A DNA stretch of 64,000 bases from Octopus vulgaris (taxonomy: Eukaryota): contig OX597832.1 of the NCBI GenBank assembly GCA_951406725.2, forward strand, positions 70,742,001 to 70,806,000, written 5' to 3'. Both the position numbers and the translations under genes were made by a program. The notes beneath the pieces were generated by a model. It did no database searches. It saw only the letters and a list, made by a program, of their open reading frames with translations, and had not been told where the DNA came from. This document shows, piece by piece, positions 51,611-64,000 of this stretch (position 1 is its first letter; each line of letters starts with the position of its first letter).

Positions 51611-51849
51611 CAACAACAATAATGAGTTCTTTATTAACCGGAAGGATTTACATTGAGAATAATATTACGGACAGCACAGGACAAAAAAAGAATATATGCG
51701 TGTGTATGTGTGTCAGTGTGTGTCGCTGTGAAGGTTTTGCGCGTAAAGAAGACTAACATATTTTTTTTAAATCAACAATGTGTGATCCTCAATAGGTAGG
51801 AGACGTTCGAGGGCGGGTGACGGATGCAATATATGCGTTAACCACCTCC

Positions 51850-53030
51850 GCCCGACCTCTCGGGGATACCTTTCTCGCGGCCCATTTCTGGGTGTGGGTA
51901 GTCACCCTGCTCGTTATCTCGTCTCAGTTTTTATCCATCTGGTGGTCCGAACCGAGCTAAACTCTGAGCACTTTAAGAGGTCCGTCTGTCCAGCGCCCAA
52001 CGTTGCAGTTGGACAGCATGGACTTGCTTCTCCAGGTGCGGAGCCGCAAGCCCACTGATTTTCCCTGGTTAATTGTCGCTTCTGAAACCGCCTTGTAGTC
52101 CTTGAGAGTGGTTCCGATCATTTCTATGAGTTTATAGTCCGACATCACTCCGGTGGCATCATCGGCATATGCCGATGCGTATCTCGCATGCCTAGGTCAC
52201 GCGGGATGCCTCTCAACGCTTCTAGTTTGTGTGGTAGTGGATCGAGAGTCAGTACGCACAAGAGAGACGAGAGTGGACGACCTTGTATGTCCCAGCGAAC
52301 GATGTTGAATGACTCTCAGAGATGACCGTTCACTCTGAAAACTGAAGAGATGTCGCTATGCATTGTAGCGATCCAGCCTCTGAATACAGGCCCAAAACCA
52401 GCTGCCTTGAGGACCTTGACAAGGTATAGATGGTCGACCCTATCGAAAGCTTTAGACTGATCTAAATTGATCAGGGCCTCACACGTGCCAGGTTCTTTCT
52501 CAATGATGTATCGCATGAGGTGGCGATTATCGTGGATAGATCTTTTCGGGATGGTACATATCTGTGTATTCCCTACCAGATCTCTGATGACAAGCGCCAA
52601 CCTTGTAGCTAACACTTTGGCCAAAATTTTGAACTCTACAATCACCGGAATTATGGGTCTAAAGTTGTCAATACAATCCTCCTTGCTCGGGTCTTTTCTC
52701 AGCAACACCACCGCACTTCAGCTCACTAAACTAGTAATTCTCCCATTCTGTTGCCAGATCACCTCGATTTCCGAGATGTCTAGCACTATTACAGTGGCAT
52801 CGTTCGCATAAGACGAGACGAATCTTCCACATCCTACTTCACGCGAGATGCGCTTCGAAACATCCAACTCACTTAGCGATGGCCCGAGCGCCAGCTCGTA
52901 CAGAAAGGGTGAGAGTGGCCATCCTTGACGGACCGAATGTGTGATGATGGACGATTGTAATAAATGGCCATTCACTTTGACCATAGAATAGATGACGCTG
53001 TACACTGCAGCGATCCAGCCTCTGAAAGAC
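51850..53030 (-). pseudogene. Tx1/L1-clade LINE RT remnants (two overlapping pieces)
   Basis: DNFRPI..KILAKVLATRL, LDQSKAFDRVDH, RQGWPLSPFLY and YADD/YAND motifs. Confidence 0.8.
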
Positions 53031-53519
53031 GAGGACGTAACTGGCCGCGTCTAGGACAGCCTCCAAGTGTTAGTGGACAGCCTCCAAGTGTTAGTAACTA
53101 TCGAAAGTTTTTACCGTCCGGGTCCAGGAAGAGTAACCGTACCTCGAGAATCAAGCTTTTTCTAACCAGCACTTCCAACCCACCTCCAATTCCAGGATGA
53201 CTAAGAGATACGTAGATCTCAAATTTATCAAGAATGGGAGCCAGCAGCGGTCAGTTGGATTCCCTTATTCAGTCTGTACGAATTTTCTCTCAAGACATCC
53301 AGATAGCTGATTCTTGCTATTGAAGAACCAACTAGACGAACTTGATAAGACAGCAGTTTCACCTTTGTGTAGACGATGTAAAAATCAACTGAGAATGTTA
53401 GACACATAATTAGTGGATGCTAAAAATGGGCCCAAAAGAAGTAAAAACAATGCCATGACAACACGTAGCAGTGCGAATGGGGGGGGGGCGTGCAAGACGT
53501 ATGGGCCCTAATGTCCCAA

Positions 53520-54029
53520 AAAGTGGTAGGTTTACCAAAATACCGTTAGCAGACAATGATCAAGCGAGGCTCACGTGGGATATTCCAATATACACAGACT
53601 AAAAGATACAACATAACCGACCAGATATCGTTCTCCTGCTGAAAAAGTCCAAATACTGGACCTGCATCGACATAGCTATACCTGCAGACCGGAATATGGT
53701 GAAGATAGAGGACGATAAAGTCGGGAAGGACCAAGATTTGGGATTGGAAGTGAAAAAAATCCATTGAGCATGGTACCTTTTTTTATGATGGCATTTGGGA
53801 CCATCTCAAAAACAGAAATATTCTGGCATCAAAAGCAGCAAATGCCAAACGTAGTAGGTATTCAATGAGCAGCAATACTTGGAACAACTTATGTGTTGAG
53901 AAAAGTGTTGCGTCTCTAAGCTGCGGGCTGGAGCTGAGGTGTGACATAGATGAACCAGAGAAGGTTTATTTTGGGATGGGATATTCCTTTCATGCAAAAC
54001 AGTCAAATTTAGCTCGAAGACACTGTATG

Positions 54030-54030
<1 letters not shown>
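53520..54030 (+). mobile_element. Old RLE-LINE 3' remnant
   Basis: WDIPIYTD, HNRPDIVLL and IDIAIPAD across frames. Confidence 0.55.
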
Positions 54031-54125
<95 letters not shown>

Positions 54126-54422
54126 CATGCTTATATATATATATATATATATATATAAACATATCAAAGGGGAATGGAAAATTAATTAAAATTTTCACTT
54201 CCAGTGGCCTAACGTGTAAAAATTTAGTCCCAAAAGAATATGAATTGGACATAATATATAGTGTACATTTAAACAGTTACGGAATCCACTCGTAGAATTC
54301 AACACTCTAGAAAGAACAGTTAGGTTCTATAACCATAAAAATTAGGGATAAAATTCGACAGGAACGAAATGAAAAATAAAAACATTTTACCATCAAGTTT
54401 CCTGGACCAATTGGTTTCTGAC

Positions 54423-54479
<57 letters not shown>

Positions 54480-54619
54480 AGAGAGAAAGAGAGCGAGAAA
54501 TTGCCACGAAAGAATTCATTAAAAAATCGCGGACGATATTTACGATTCCGAGAATATACAGTGGTTTCCGCGAACAATTATTCGTTCCGGGAATAAGCGG
54601 GAGTACACTATGTGTGTGT

Positions 54620-54651
<32 letters not shown>

Positions 54652-54711
54652 TTATGTGTCTGTCTGACTGTCTGTCTGTCTGTGTCTGTGTGTATGTATA
54701 TATATATATAT

Positions 54712-55102
54712 AGGCGCAGGAGTAGCTGTGTGGTAAGTAGCTTGCCAACCAACCAACATGGTTCTGGGTTCAGTCCCAGTGTGGCATCTTGGGCAAGTGT
54801 CTTCTGCTATAGCCTCGGGCCGACCAATGCCTTGTGAGTGGATTTGGTAGACGGAAACTAAAAGAAGCCTGTCGTATATATGTATATATATGTATGTATG
54901 TGTATGTATATGTTTGTGTGTCTGTGTTTGTCCCTCTAGCATTGCTTGACAACCGATGCTGGTGTGTTTACGTTCCCGTAACTTAGCGGTTCGGCAAAAG
55001 AGACCGATAGAATAAGTACTGGTCTTACAAAGAATAAGTCCCGGGGTCGATTTGCTCGACTAAAGGCGGTACTCCAGCATGGCCGCAGTCAAATGACTGA
55101 AA
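54712..55102 (+). mobile_element. tRNA-derived SINE family 1
   Basis: Near-identical to 10573-10982; in (TA)n. Confidence 0.88.
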
Positions 55103-55121
55103 CAAGTAAAAGAGTAAAAGA

Positions 55122-55179
<58 letters not shown>

Positions 55180-55228
55180 AAAAGTTCTTGTCTGATCTCG
55201 AAATTCTTTAAAAGCTATAATTGATATG

Positions 55229-56117
55229 TACGAAGGGATAACCCAAAGGAAACTGGAATTTTGAAAAATTATTTTATTCATTTAGTTTTATATGTTTACA
55301 CTTTTATCGTCTTCAAAGTATTCTCCATTTGAAGCAAGACATTCGATGTAGTACCTGAACTCTTATGAATTGATGCCTTTTAACACCTCCGTCTGTTCTT
55401 TTTCTTCACTTCTTCCACATCTACAAATTGCGTAGCACCAGCTTTCGTAACCAGTGATGACCTTTGAAAAAAGGTCCGGATCAACTTCAAATTTTTCTTT
55501 CAGTTTATGATTCGCATTCAGTCGTGACTGCTTTTGATCTTTTGCGAGCAAGTCAGGCACAAATTTTGTTGCAATTCTTTTCATTCGCAATTTCTTGCTG
55601 AAAAGTCTTTGACAGGAGCTCCAGTACACAGCAGTCATTTCAACAAGTTCGCCAATTATTTGGTGATGGTCTTTCAAGATCAGTTCATGAATTTTCCTAA
55701 TGTTTTCATTTCTTCGAGAGGTCGACAGTCGCCTTAAACGAGGTTGGTCCTCAAGCGACAAGTCACCATTCTTAAAGAGTGAAAACCACTCGTTAACTTA
55801 TGTTTTGCTCATGGCAGCTCCCTTGTAAGCTGTTTGAAGTATGTCAGTCACTTTGACCGCCGTTTTCACCAGCAGAAAACAGAATTTTACGGAAGCACGC
55901 CGTTCCTTCGTTTGCGACATCGCAAAAATCGACGAACAGAGGAGAAGCACTGCAAAGCGAAGACGCACCACGTGTCATTACGATGCCATCAGACAACGCC
56001 GGTCGGCAGAATGATGCTTGAGGGTTTCATCTAGTGGCCTCTAACGGCGAAAGCCTGAACTACAACGGGCTTGTCCCACAGAGAACGTTTCCGGTTACTT
56101 TTAAGTATTCATTTGTA
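55229..56117 (-). mobile_element. Internally deleted Tc1/mariner transposon
   Basis: Transposase remnant 55363-55761 (HTH region, KFVPDLL, VITGYESWCY with the first catalytic D changed to Y). Decayed TIRs tacgaagggataacccaaaggaaactggaa / ttccggttacttttaagtattcatttgta with TA ends. Confidence 0.8.
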
Positions 56118-56286
56118 AATATAGGGATAAAAATCACTTTTCACAACAAAACGATCATCGCTTCCGGCAGGACTCGAACCAACATTCGTATTATTTATTT
56201 ATTAATGTATTTGTGATCCAATTTCAATGATGAATTGTTGCACGTTCTCTGGAAAGTTTATAGATTCATACAATTTGAACAATGTA

Positions 56287-56347
<61 letters not shown>

Positions 56348-56440
56348 ATATACATACATTAAAAACAAGAAATCGTAACAGAAAGTGAGAAAACGACAGA
56401 ATGAAGATCTAAAAAAGAGAACGAAAGAGAAATATCGAAA

Positions 56441-56726
56441 TATTAACATTTCGAATGTTGCTGATGAGTTTACAGCTCTATTATGTTGCATTAAAATTAC
56501 AAGCTGTTACTCTCCTCCAAACTAAATAAACGATTAATACAAACACTTAAGTGAAGTTTGAAGAGAAATTAATGATATCGTGTTAGAAAGAATAAAATAA
56601 ACACCGACCAAATGTTGCTAATAATAACATTCAGCTTGAATTACATATGGCGTTCGGTGGGTTATTTTTGCTATTCATCAACGCGTGTTTCATATGTTTC
56701 TAAACGACTTCATTAATGCATTATGC
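56441..56726 (+). repeat. Non-coding block duplicated at 62296-62583
   Basis: 154-bp identical core (56511-56664 = 62370-62523) with diverged flanks. Confidence 0.92.
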
Positions 56727-56781
56727 ATGCATACACACACACACATATTTATTTATTTATTTACACCCTTATATGATGATG

Positions 56782-57177
<396 letters not shown>

Positions 57178-57277
57178 GTAGTGCCCCAGCAATGGCGGTG
57201 CCCCAGCAAATGGTGGTGCCCCAGCATGGTCACAGCTCATGAGCTGAAACTAGATAAAATAAAAATAAATAAAATAA

Positions 57278-57318
<41 letters not shown>

Positions 57319-57461
57319 CAACAACAACAACAACATCAACAACATCAACAATATCAACAACAACAATAACAACATTAACAACAACATTAACAACAACATT
57401 AACAACAACATTAACAACAATATTAATAATAATATTAATAATAATAATAAAAAGAAGAAGA

Positions 57462-58480
57462 AAATTGGCAACTGGAAGGCCCCGGGACCAGATGGAGTTC
57501 AAGGCTACTGGATCAAAAGATTTGGTGAATGTCATGCATGAGTAGCTGCACAGCTCAACACCTTCTTAGATGACGGATAACAATGGGTAGCACAGCACTG
57601 TGCCTGAAAAACATCGAAAAATGCAATACAGTAGACAATTACAGGCCGATATCCTGCTTGCCACCTATGCAGAAATTATTGACTGGAATAGTCGCAGAGT
57701 CAATATACAGACATCTGTGAAAAAACTGCGTCCTGCCACATGAGCTGAAGGGTTGTAAGCATAAGTGCAGAGGTACCAAGGATCAACTCCTGGTAAACAA
57801 AACTGTAGTTAGAGACTGCAAAAGGAGGAAAACTAAATTAGCCATGTCATGCATCGATTACCGAAAGGCGTACGATATGATTCCACATTCTTGGATTATG
57901 GAATGTATGAACATATTTTTGTATTGCATCGAATATTGAGCGATTGATAGGAAAGAGTATGGTGAAATGGAGGACAGAACTGACAGTAAATGGAAGAGAT
58001 TTAGGGACTATAGATATCAGAAGAGGCATCTTCAAAGGGGACTGCCTGTCCCCACTGATCTTTGTAATGTGCATGATACCACTCACACTGATTCTGAGAA
58101 AAGCAAAGGCTGATTATGTTTTCAAGGTGCATCACATATGCTATATTGTTGATGTTTCATGCACCTTTGATCCAGGAGTAGTCAAAAGTGAAAAGATAGA
58201 TAAATACGAAATAGCCCGGCTATGGAAAATGAAGGTGAAGATAGCGCCAATTATTGTTGGGTCCTTGGGGACAGTACCAGAAGGCGTCAAGAAGAATATA
58301 ATGGAACTTGGAATAGAGTGTCCAATAGAACTGTTACAAAAGATTTACCTCCTTGGTACGGCCAGAATAATCAGTATTAGACAGCTGAAAAGAACGAATA
58401 GCATCGTACCATAGGCTGCAGGTAGTAAGCCCGCTACGCCATGATAGACTCCAGGATTTCCGACAAAACCTGTGATAAAG
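57462..58480 (+). mobile_element. Internally deleted R4/Dong-type family D element
   Basis: [30 protein letters not shown] and GIFKGDCLSPLIF fused to the RLE C-terminus; flanked by AAT/AAC repeats. Confidence 0.8.
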
Positions 58481-59531
58481 AGAAAAGTAACAATAATAAT
58501 AATAACAACAATACCAACAATAACAACAGCACCAACATTTTCATATATGACAACGAGTACACATTTATACATCCCAAAGAAACATGGTACAAATGTATAT
58601 AAAATAAAACATTGGTTGTGAACTTAGAGACAAAATTATATATGAAAGAAATTTGATTACAAAGCAAAAGGATAAAATGAAACGTAATTAAAGTTATTGC
58701 ATCCATCCAAGCCGGCGAGGAGAAACTACCTGCGTTGGGTCAGAGATGATATCACTCGAACCACCATTCTCTCTTTCCAATAAAACGTTTCAGTCTTGTA
58801 TGATGAGATGTGCAGCATTCCACATCTTCTGGATAAGTGTTTTCAAGTGATAACAGGGGTTTGGCATGATTCACACGACTTAAGTGTTTTTGTAACTGTT
58901 TTGCCTGGTGTACACTTCTTCAATAAACACACCGGTTAGATTTATATCACTTTCTAAACATTGTTTCTCGTGTAATCTTCAAAGCTAAGCAACGTCAAAT
59001 TTAGTTAATTCTTAGACATGTAAAAGCTTGGAAAATCTCGGTGCCATAAGCATCGGTAATTTTTTTTCAATGAAGGCAAGTGGGATTGATACTGAGACGA
59101 AGTAGTCTTTTATCATCCTACGTCGTTCCAACATACTCGGCTGAAATATGTACTAAACAAAAATGGTACGGTTTTCTACCTGTCCACTTGTCACATCCTG
59201 AATGTTTCGCTTGGATCAAGTGTAGAAGCGAGCATGTGTGCGAAACTATTCACGACTACTTAAGCACCTAAACTAATCTGTGATCGTACGGGTCATTCTA
59301 ACCAGGCACACTCAGCCTAAACTGACGCCTAGGATCCTAAGATCCTATGTCACTCACCAGCTACATTGTCTAACTGCCTGTATTTAATCATTTCTATAAG
59401 AAAATATTTTGTTTTTCGAACGATCGTCAATTTTATGTCGGGGGGGAGATTCTTTCTCACACGCTGTACCTGCCTTCTCTTGGGATACAATTTCTTAAAA
59501 ATGAGTTTCTTTTCTTTAATTTGCAGTTTCA

Positions 59532-59790
59532 AGGTGCGTGGTCGAGTGGCTTGCGGTTAGCTTCACGACTGTAAGATCTTAGCTTCGATTCTCACAGCTG
59601 GTGATGCTTTGTTTCTTCTTCAAAATACTTCATTTTGCATTTCTCCAATTCACTCAATTCTAAATGAGTTCCTGTATTGGTTAGAAAGTTCACTTTGTGA
59701 CTGACCGGCGTCCCTTTAGGGGAAGCATCGTAATCTCAGTCGTCGATATTTCATGGAAACCTGATTAATCTCTGATCCTGGGAATCCTAA
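59532..59790 (+). mobile_element. Old tRNA-derived SINE
   Basis: A-box-like gtggtcgagtgg and B-box-like agcttcgattct followed by a ~200-bp body. Confidence 0.45.
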
Positions 59791-60443
59791 GATCATAGCA
59801 GTCATTGCTTCTCTCCGTATTTTGATACCTCCCTTATTTGCCCATCTCCATCTAATTCTCGGAAGACGCAACATGACGAGATTTCTGGTTATGAAATTAA
59901 AAGATGGATTCCCCCAATTTGGCTTTCAGTGGTCTGTGCGAGAAGACAACTTTGCCGCTTTCCGCAGTTTCAAACTGTGTTGCTTTTAAGAAAACTTATT
60001 CTGTAAACTGTGGTAAAAATTGTTGAGTCTTTTTTGTTTTCCGCCTTTTCCAAGTTCTACCAGAAGATAAGTTCTACGGATATTGAAAGTTAGCGATGCA
60101 AAGCAACACATCCTCCTGCTTTTCTCTGAGTAAGAAATTCGCTCTTTCATAATTGTTTCATTACTTCGTTTGTCATATGTGGGTGTTGTTGTTGTTGTTT
60201 CTGTTGTGGTTGTTGCTGCTGTTAATATTCTCATTGAAATTTTTGATATCGATGCTTTACACCATTTAAAAAAAAATCATTATCTTTTATTGTTCAATAA
60301 AAATGTATATAGGAAAACTGAAATGAAAGTTGTCTCACTTTTTTTCGATTCTGAATATTTACATTTTTAAGGAATTTTCTCTAACGAGAAGATATCTTCA
60401 GTTGAAGGTATACAGAGCCACAATAGTGTATGCATATATATAT

Positions 60444-60958
60444 ATCTATATATATAAAACTGTAGTTGTGTGAGTGTCTGTCCCCTTCGATTTAGATTCC
60501 TAACTACTCCCACATTTTGCGGTGCAGTTTAACCAAATTCGGGTATCTTATAGTCGTGATTCATATCGAGCCCGTCTGAATATTAGCGCGCGTCTACGAT
60601 GAGTCTACGATTTTAAAAATAATTTAACATCATTTTTTATTCCATTTTAATGCATAATTTTTCGTGTGTCGATGGCGGCGGAGTTGGCGTCCATGGTCAC
60701 ACCTGCACCTGTTTGCTTCTCCCCCTTCTTCGCTCCCTCGTAAAGCTGTGGGGAAGGGAGTCTAAGGAAATCAACGCCGTAAAGCGTTGTCAAGGAGACC
60801 AGCGTTCTTTTAGAACAACGACTTCATGGCTTGAAGACACCAAAACAGAAATGGCTAAGAAAGCCCGAATTGGCATCTATAAGGGATGTAACTCTCTAAA
60901 AATGCTTATATAGTTATTTCCCTTACAAACCCGAGCAACGCCGGGCGATACTGCTAGT
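60444..60958 (-). mobile_element. Non-autonomous Helitron/Helentron-like element (second copy)
   Basis: Reverse-complement match to 1795-2301; in (TA)n. Confidence 0.55.
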
Positions 60959-60959
60959 G

Positions 60960-61005
<46 letters not shown>

Positions 61006-61060
61006 AAGGGAGAGAGAGAGAGAAAGAAAGAGAGATAGCATATATATAAATACACACACA

Positions 61061-61136
<76 letters not shown>

Positions 61137-62094
61137 TATACATATATACATATATGTATGTATAATTATCACACAGCGGATTTACCAGGATTTTCAAAAT
61201 GAAAAGATAGCTTTATAAGCCAAGTACGACACCATGACACCTACCTAAAAACATTATATCACAAATGTCTACAATCCAATATTACAATATTGTATTATAG
61301 GAATTTGTAATCGAAATATTTTTCAAATCGATGTCACAATTGTAATGGCTGTCGTTGGTGTTTCATTCACTTGTAAAAGCTTCAACTTTTAGCTTAATAA
61401 TAACTGTGTCTATATGAGTATGTAATGGTGAGGCAATGTTTCCGCTAGTGTATATTTGCGTATTTGTGTGTGTATATATGAGACAATAGGCTATGAATAT
61501 GTTTGAGAAGTTTCCAGATGTCGTGTGTGTGTATTCAAAAGTTAATGTATTAATTCGAAATATTAAGTATCGGCATGAAATTTTAAAATATAACCAATTG
61601 CTACTGACGTTAAACGCTCATTCAGAATATCTTTTGTGATTATGGCGTGTTTGTGTGCACGCGGATGTATGTAAGTAAGGATATGATCATACATATGTAA
61701 AAAACAAACACATGTTCATGCATACATACATTAATGCATGCATACACATACATACATACGTACGTACATATGCTTACACATAGATATTCATAATTATAAT
61801 CTATTGCGTCATATTGAAGACACATCAGGCGATGACTCAGTTTTGATATATTTTTAGTATTACCTCGAACGACACTTCAAGCACAAACTACGATTATGTG
61901 CGTTGATACAGTGTGTGTATGTGTGTGTGTGCGTATGTGTGTGTGTGTGTATGTGTGTGTATATGTATATACAATATAACAATTTATTTGCCTACATATA
62001 GATGGATAATTGATAGATTGACTGAGAGATAGTTTACAATATAAGCATGCATATGTATATTTATATATGCATGTATGTATGTGCATATATATGT

Positions 62095-62130
<36 letters not shown>

Positions 62131-62144
62131 AACGTATGTGTATG

Positions 62145-62183
<39 letters not shown>

Positions 62184-62295
62184 ATAAGGTAGAGAGAGTG
62201 GGGGAGAAAGAAGTGTAGAAATAATGAAAGAGACAACATCTAAAAAAGACATTGAAAAGGAGATGAAATATTTTAATATTTACAATGTTTTATAA

Positions 62296-62583
62296 ATTAA
62301 CATTTCGAATGTTGTGTAGGTGATGAGTTTACAGCTCTATTAAGTTGCATTAAATTTACAAGCTGTTATTCTCCTCCAAACTAAATAAACGATTAATACA
62401 AACACTTAAGTGAAGTTTGAAGAGAAATTAATGATATCGTGTTAGAAAGAATAAAATAAACACCGACCAAATGTTGCTAATAATAACATTCAGCTTGAAT
62501 TACATATGGCGTTCGGTGGGTTACATTTACTAGTCATCAACTTGTTTCATATGTTTCCAAACGACTTCATTAATGCATTATGC
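62296..62583 (+). repeat. Second copy of the duplicated non-coding block
   Basis: See 56441-56726. Confidence 0.92.
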
Positions 62584-63024
62584 GTATATATATATATACA
62601 TACATACAGAGAGAGACAGAGAGGGTATATGAGGTGTTTTCGTAAGGATGACTCAAACAAATAGGTATGAGTTCTGAGTTCTCAAATAGGTGTGCTGCCA
62701 AACAGCGGTTTAAATTTTGATCGCGTGATTGTCTTGTTCAAAAACAGCTAGACGTAGCATTCCTTTTAGTCAGTAGGTATAAGATGAGGTGGTGAGGAAA
62801 AACAAACAATTAATCAATGCATGACAAAGACATTTAATTTCATGTAATTCAATCTAAAATTCAGCTTATTCTCCAAAAGTCAATCGCATAGGAATGGCCA
62901 TTGAAAAGGTATTTACACTGGCTGTGCACCAGCATGGCCACAGACTTTGGGTTGCAACACATAAGACATAACAGAAATAAAAGTCATATATATAGGTATA
63001 GAGCGTTTGAAGTGGTGTAAAGAC

Positions 63025-63072
<48 letters not shown>

Positions 63073-63912
63073 GAATTAAAAGATTGAACCTCCATAAAGT
63101 AATTCAATTAATACTGAAAGATATTATCTATACTATACTATAAATTTAAATACATTATTATTAAAATTGTATTAAAAATTTCTATACTAAATAATATCCA
63201 TTAAAAAAATTCACAATAAAACGACTTTATTATTAATATTTTGCTAAACATTTCTATACTTAATAATACACATTAAAAAAATAATGCACATTAAAAAAAT
63301 CCACATTAAAATGACAACGCACGTTTCGTGGCTATGTATACAAATCTACAATATCAAAATCCATACTCTCAAAAGTTAATATTCATTGATCCAACGATAG
63401 TCGGTGAGCTATTTTCCTCGAGCAATGGCCCCTTCTTGTATCGTATGAAGCAGGCTATTTTGCAAATCGGTAGAAGGCTTTAGGGTTTGTCTTTATATTT
63501 TTGACAGTTCTGGTTTCTTTCATTGCCCTCTCCTTTTCATGGGAGTGCTTGAGTTCCTTTCCGATCTCGGGTAATGTTTGTTTGAGACAGGATCGTTAGT
63601 TACCTTTTTGCAACCCAATTAGACGATTTGAGATTTTTTGCACGGCGTTGCATTAGAATCCTCCTATCCTTGGCAATTTCTTTGGCATTCTCTCTTTCGC
63701 AAACTTACTGCATATGTCATGCATGATCGTTATAAAGTGCTGTATCTTTAAGCCAATAGAGAGACTAGTAGACTAGTTTTGTTCCAAGATCTCTTTCTCA
63801 ATGCTTTTCCACTGAGCTTTACTTTATATCCTGCCATAGGTTGGTATATATAAAATTAGGTAGCGGAGGTTAAATCAATGTTCACACGACGTACTTGGCG
63901 ACACTACCAAAA

Positions 63913-63960
<48 letters not shown>

Positions 63961-64000
63961 ACTACCGACCACTACTCTATATAAGAGTTCGACTCGTCCA

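Noticed and set aside
53055-53096. 21-bp tandem duplication (also the gtgccccagca triplet at 57181-57227)
   Set aside because: Ordinary slippage duplications inside decayed elements.
58690-59530. Cys-containing frames (KCTPGK..SCESCQ) and a GTGAGT donor at ~59358 as an exon or piggyBac remnant
   Set aside because: Short frames, no matching acceptor or transposase motif; cannot be supported without a search.

Overview
AT-rich, microsatellite-saturated eukaryotic non-coding DNA. The SINE families, (TA)n/(TAA)n/(CA)n load and LINE mix suggest an octopus or other cephalopod (inference). No host protein-coding gene can be supported; nearly all listed ORFs are microsatellite read-throughs or retroelement fragments. 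Two groups of elements dominate. (1) Penelope-like elements (PLEs; RT + GIY-YIG) from several families, mostly within or beside (TA)n tracts. Many carry minimal hammerhead-ribozyme (HHR) motifs in their pseudo-LTRs. They include a 4.6-kb head-to-head palindromic PLE (3491-8123) and four smaller fold-back hairpins whose turning points fall in or beside HHR-like motifs. (2) At least four families of R4/Dong-type restriction-like-endonuclease (RLE) LINEs in (TAA)n tracts. One has a 740-aa RT-CCHC-RLE frame, and a tail-to-tail two-family composite joined by an (AAT)n(ATT)n linker occurs twice. Also present: a CR1-type LINE, Tx1/L1 and mariner remnants, two Helitron/Helentron-like elements, tRNA-derived SINEs (some concatemeric), a duplicated 154-bp invariant non-coding block and a candidate promoter. 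Boundaries of degenerate remnants are approximate.
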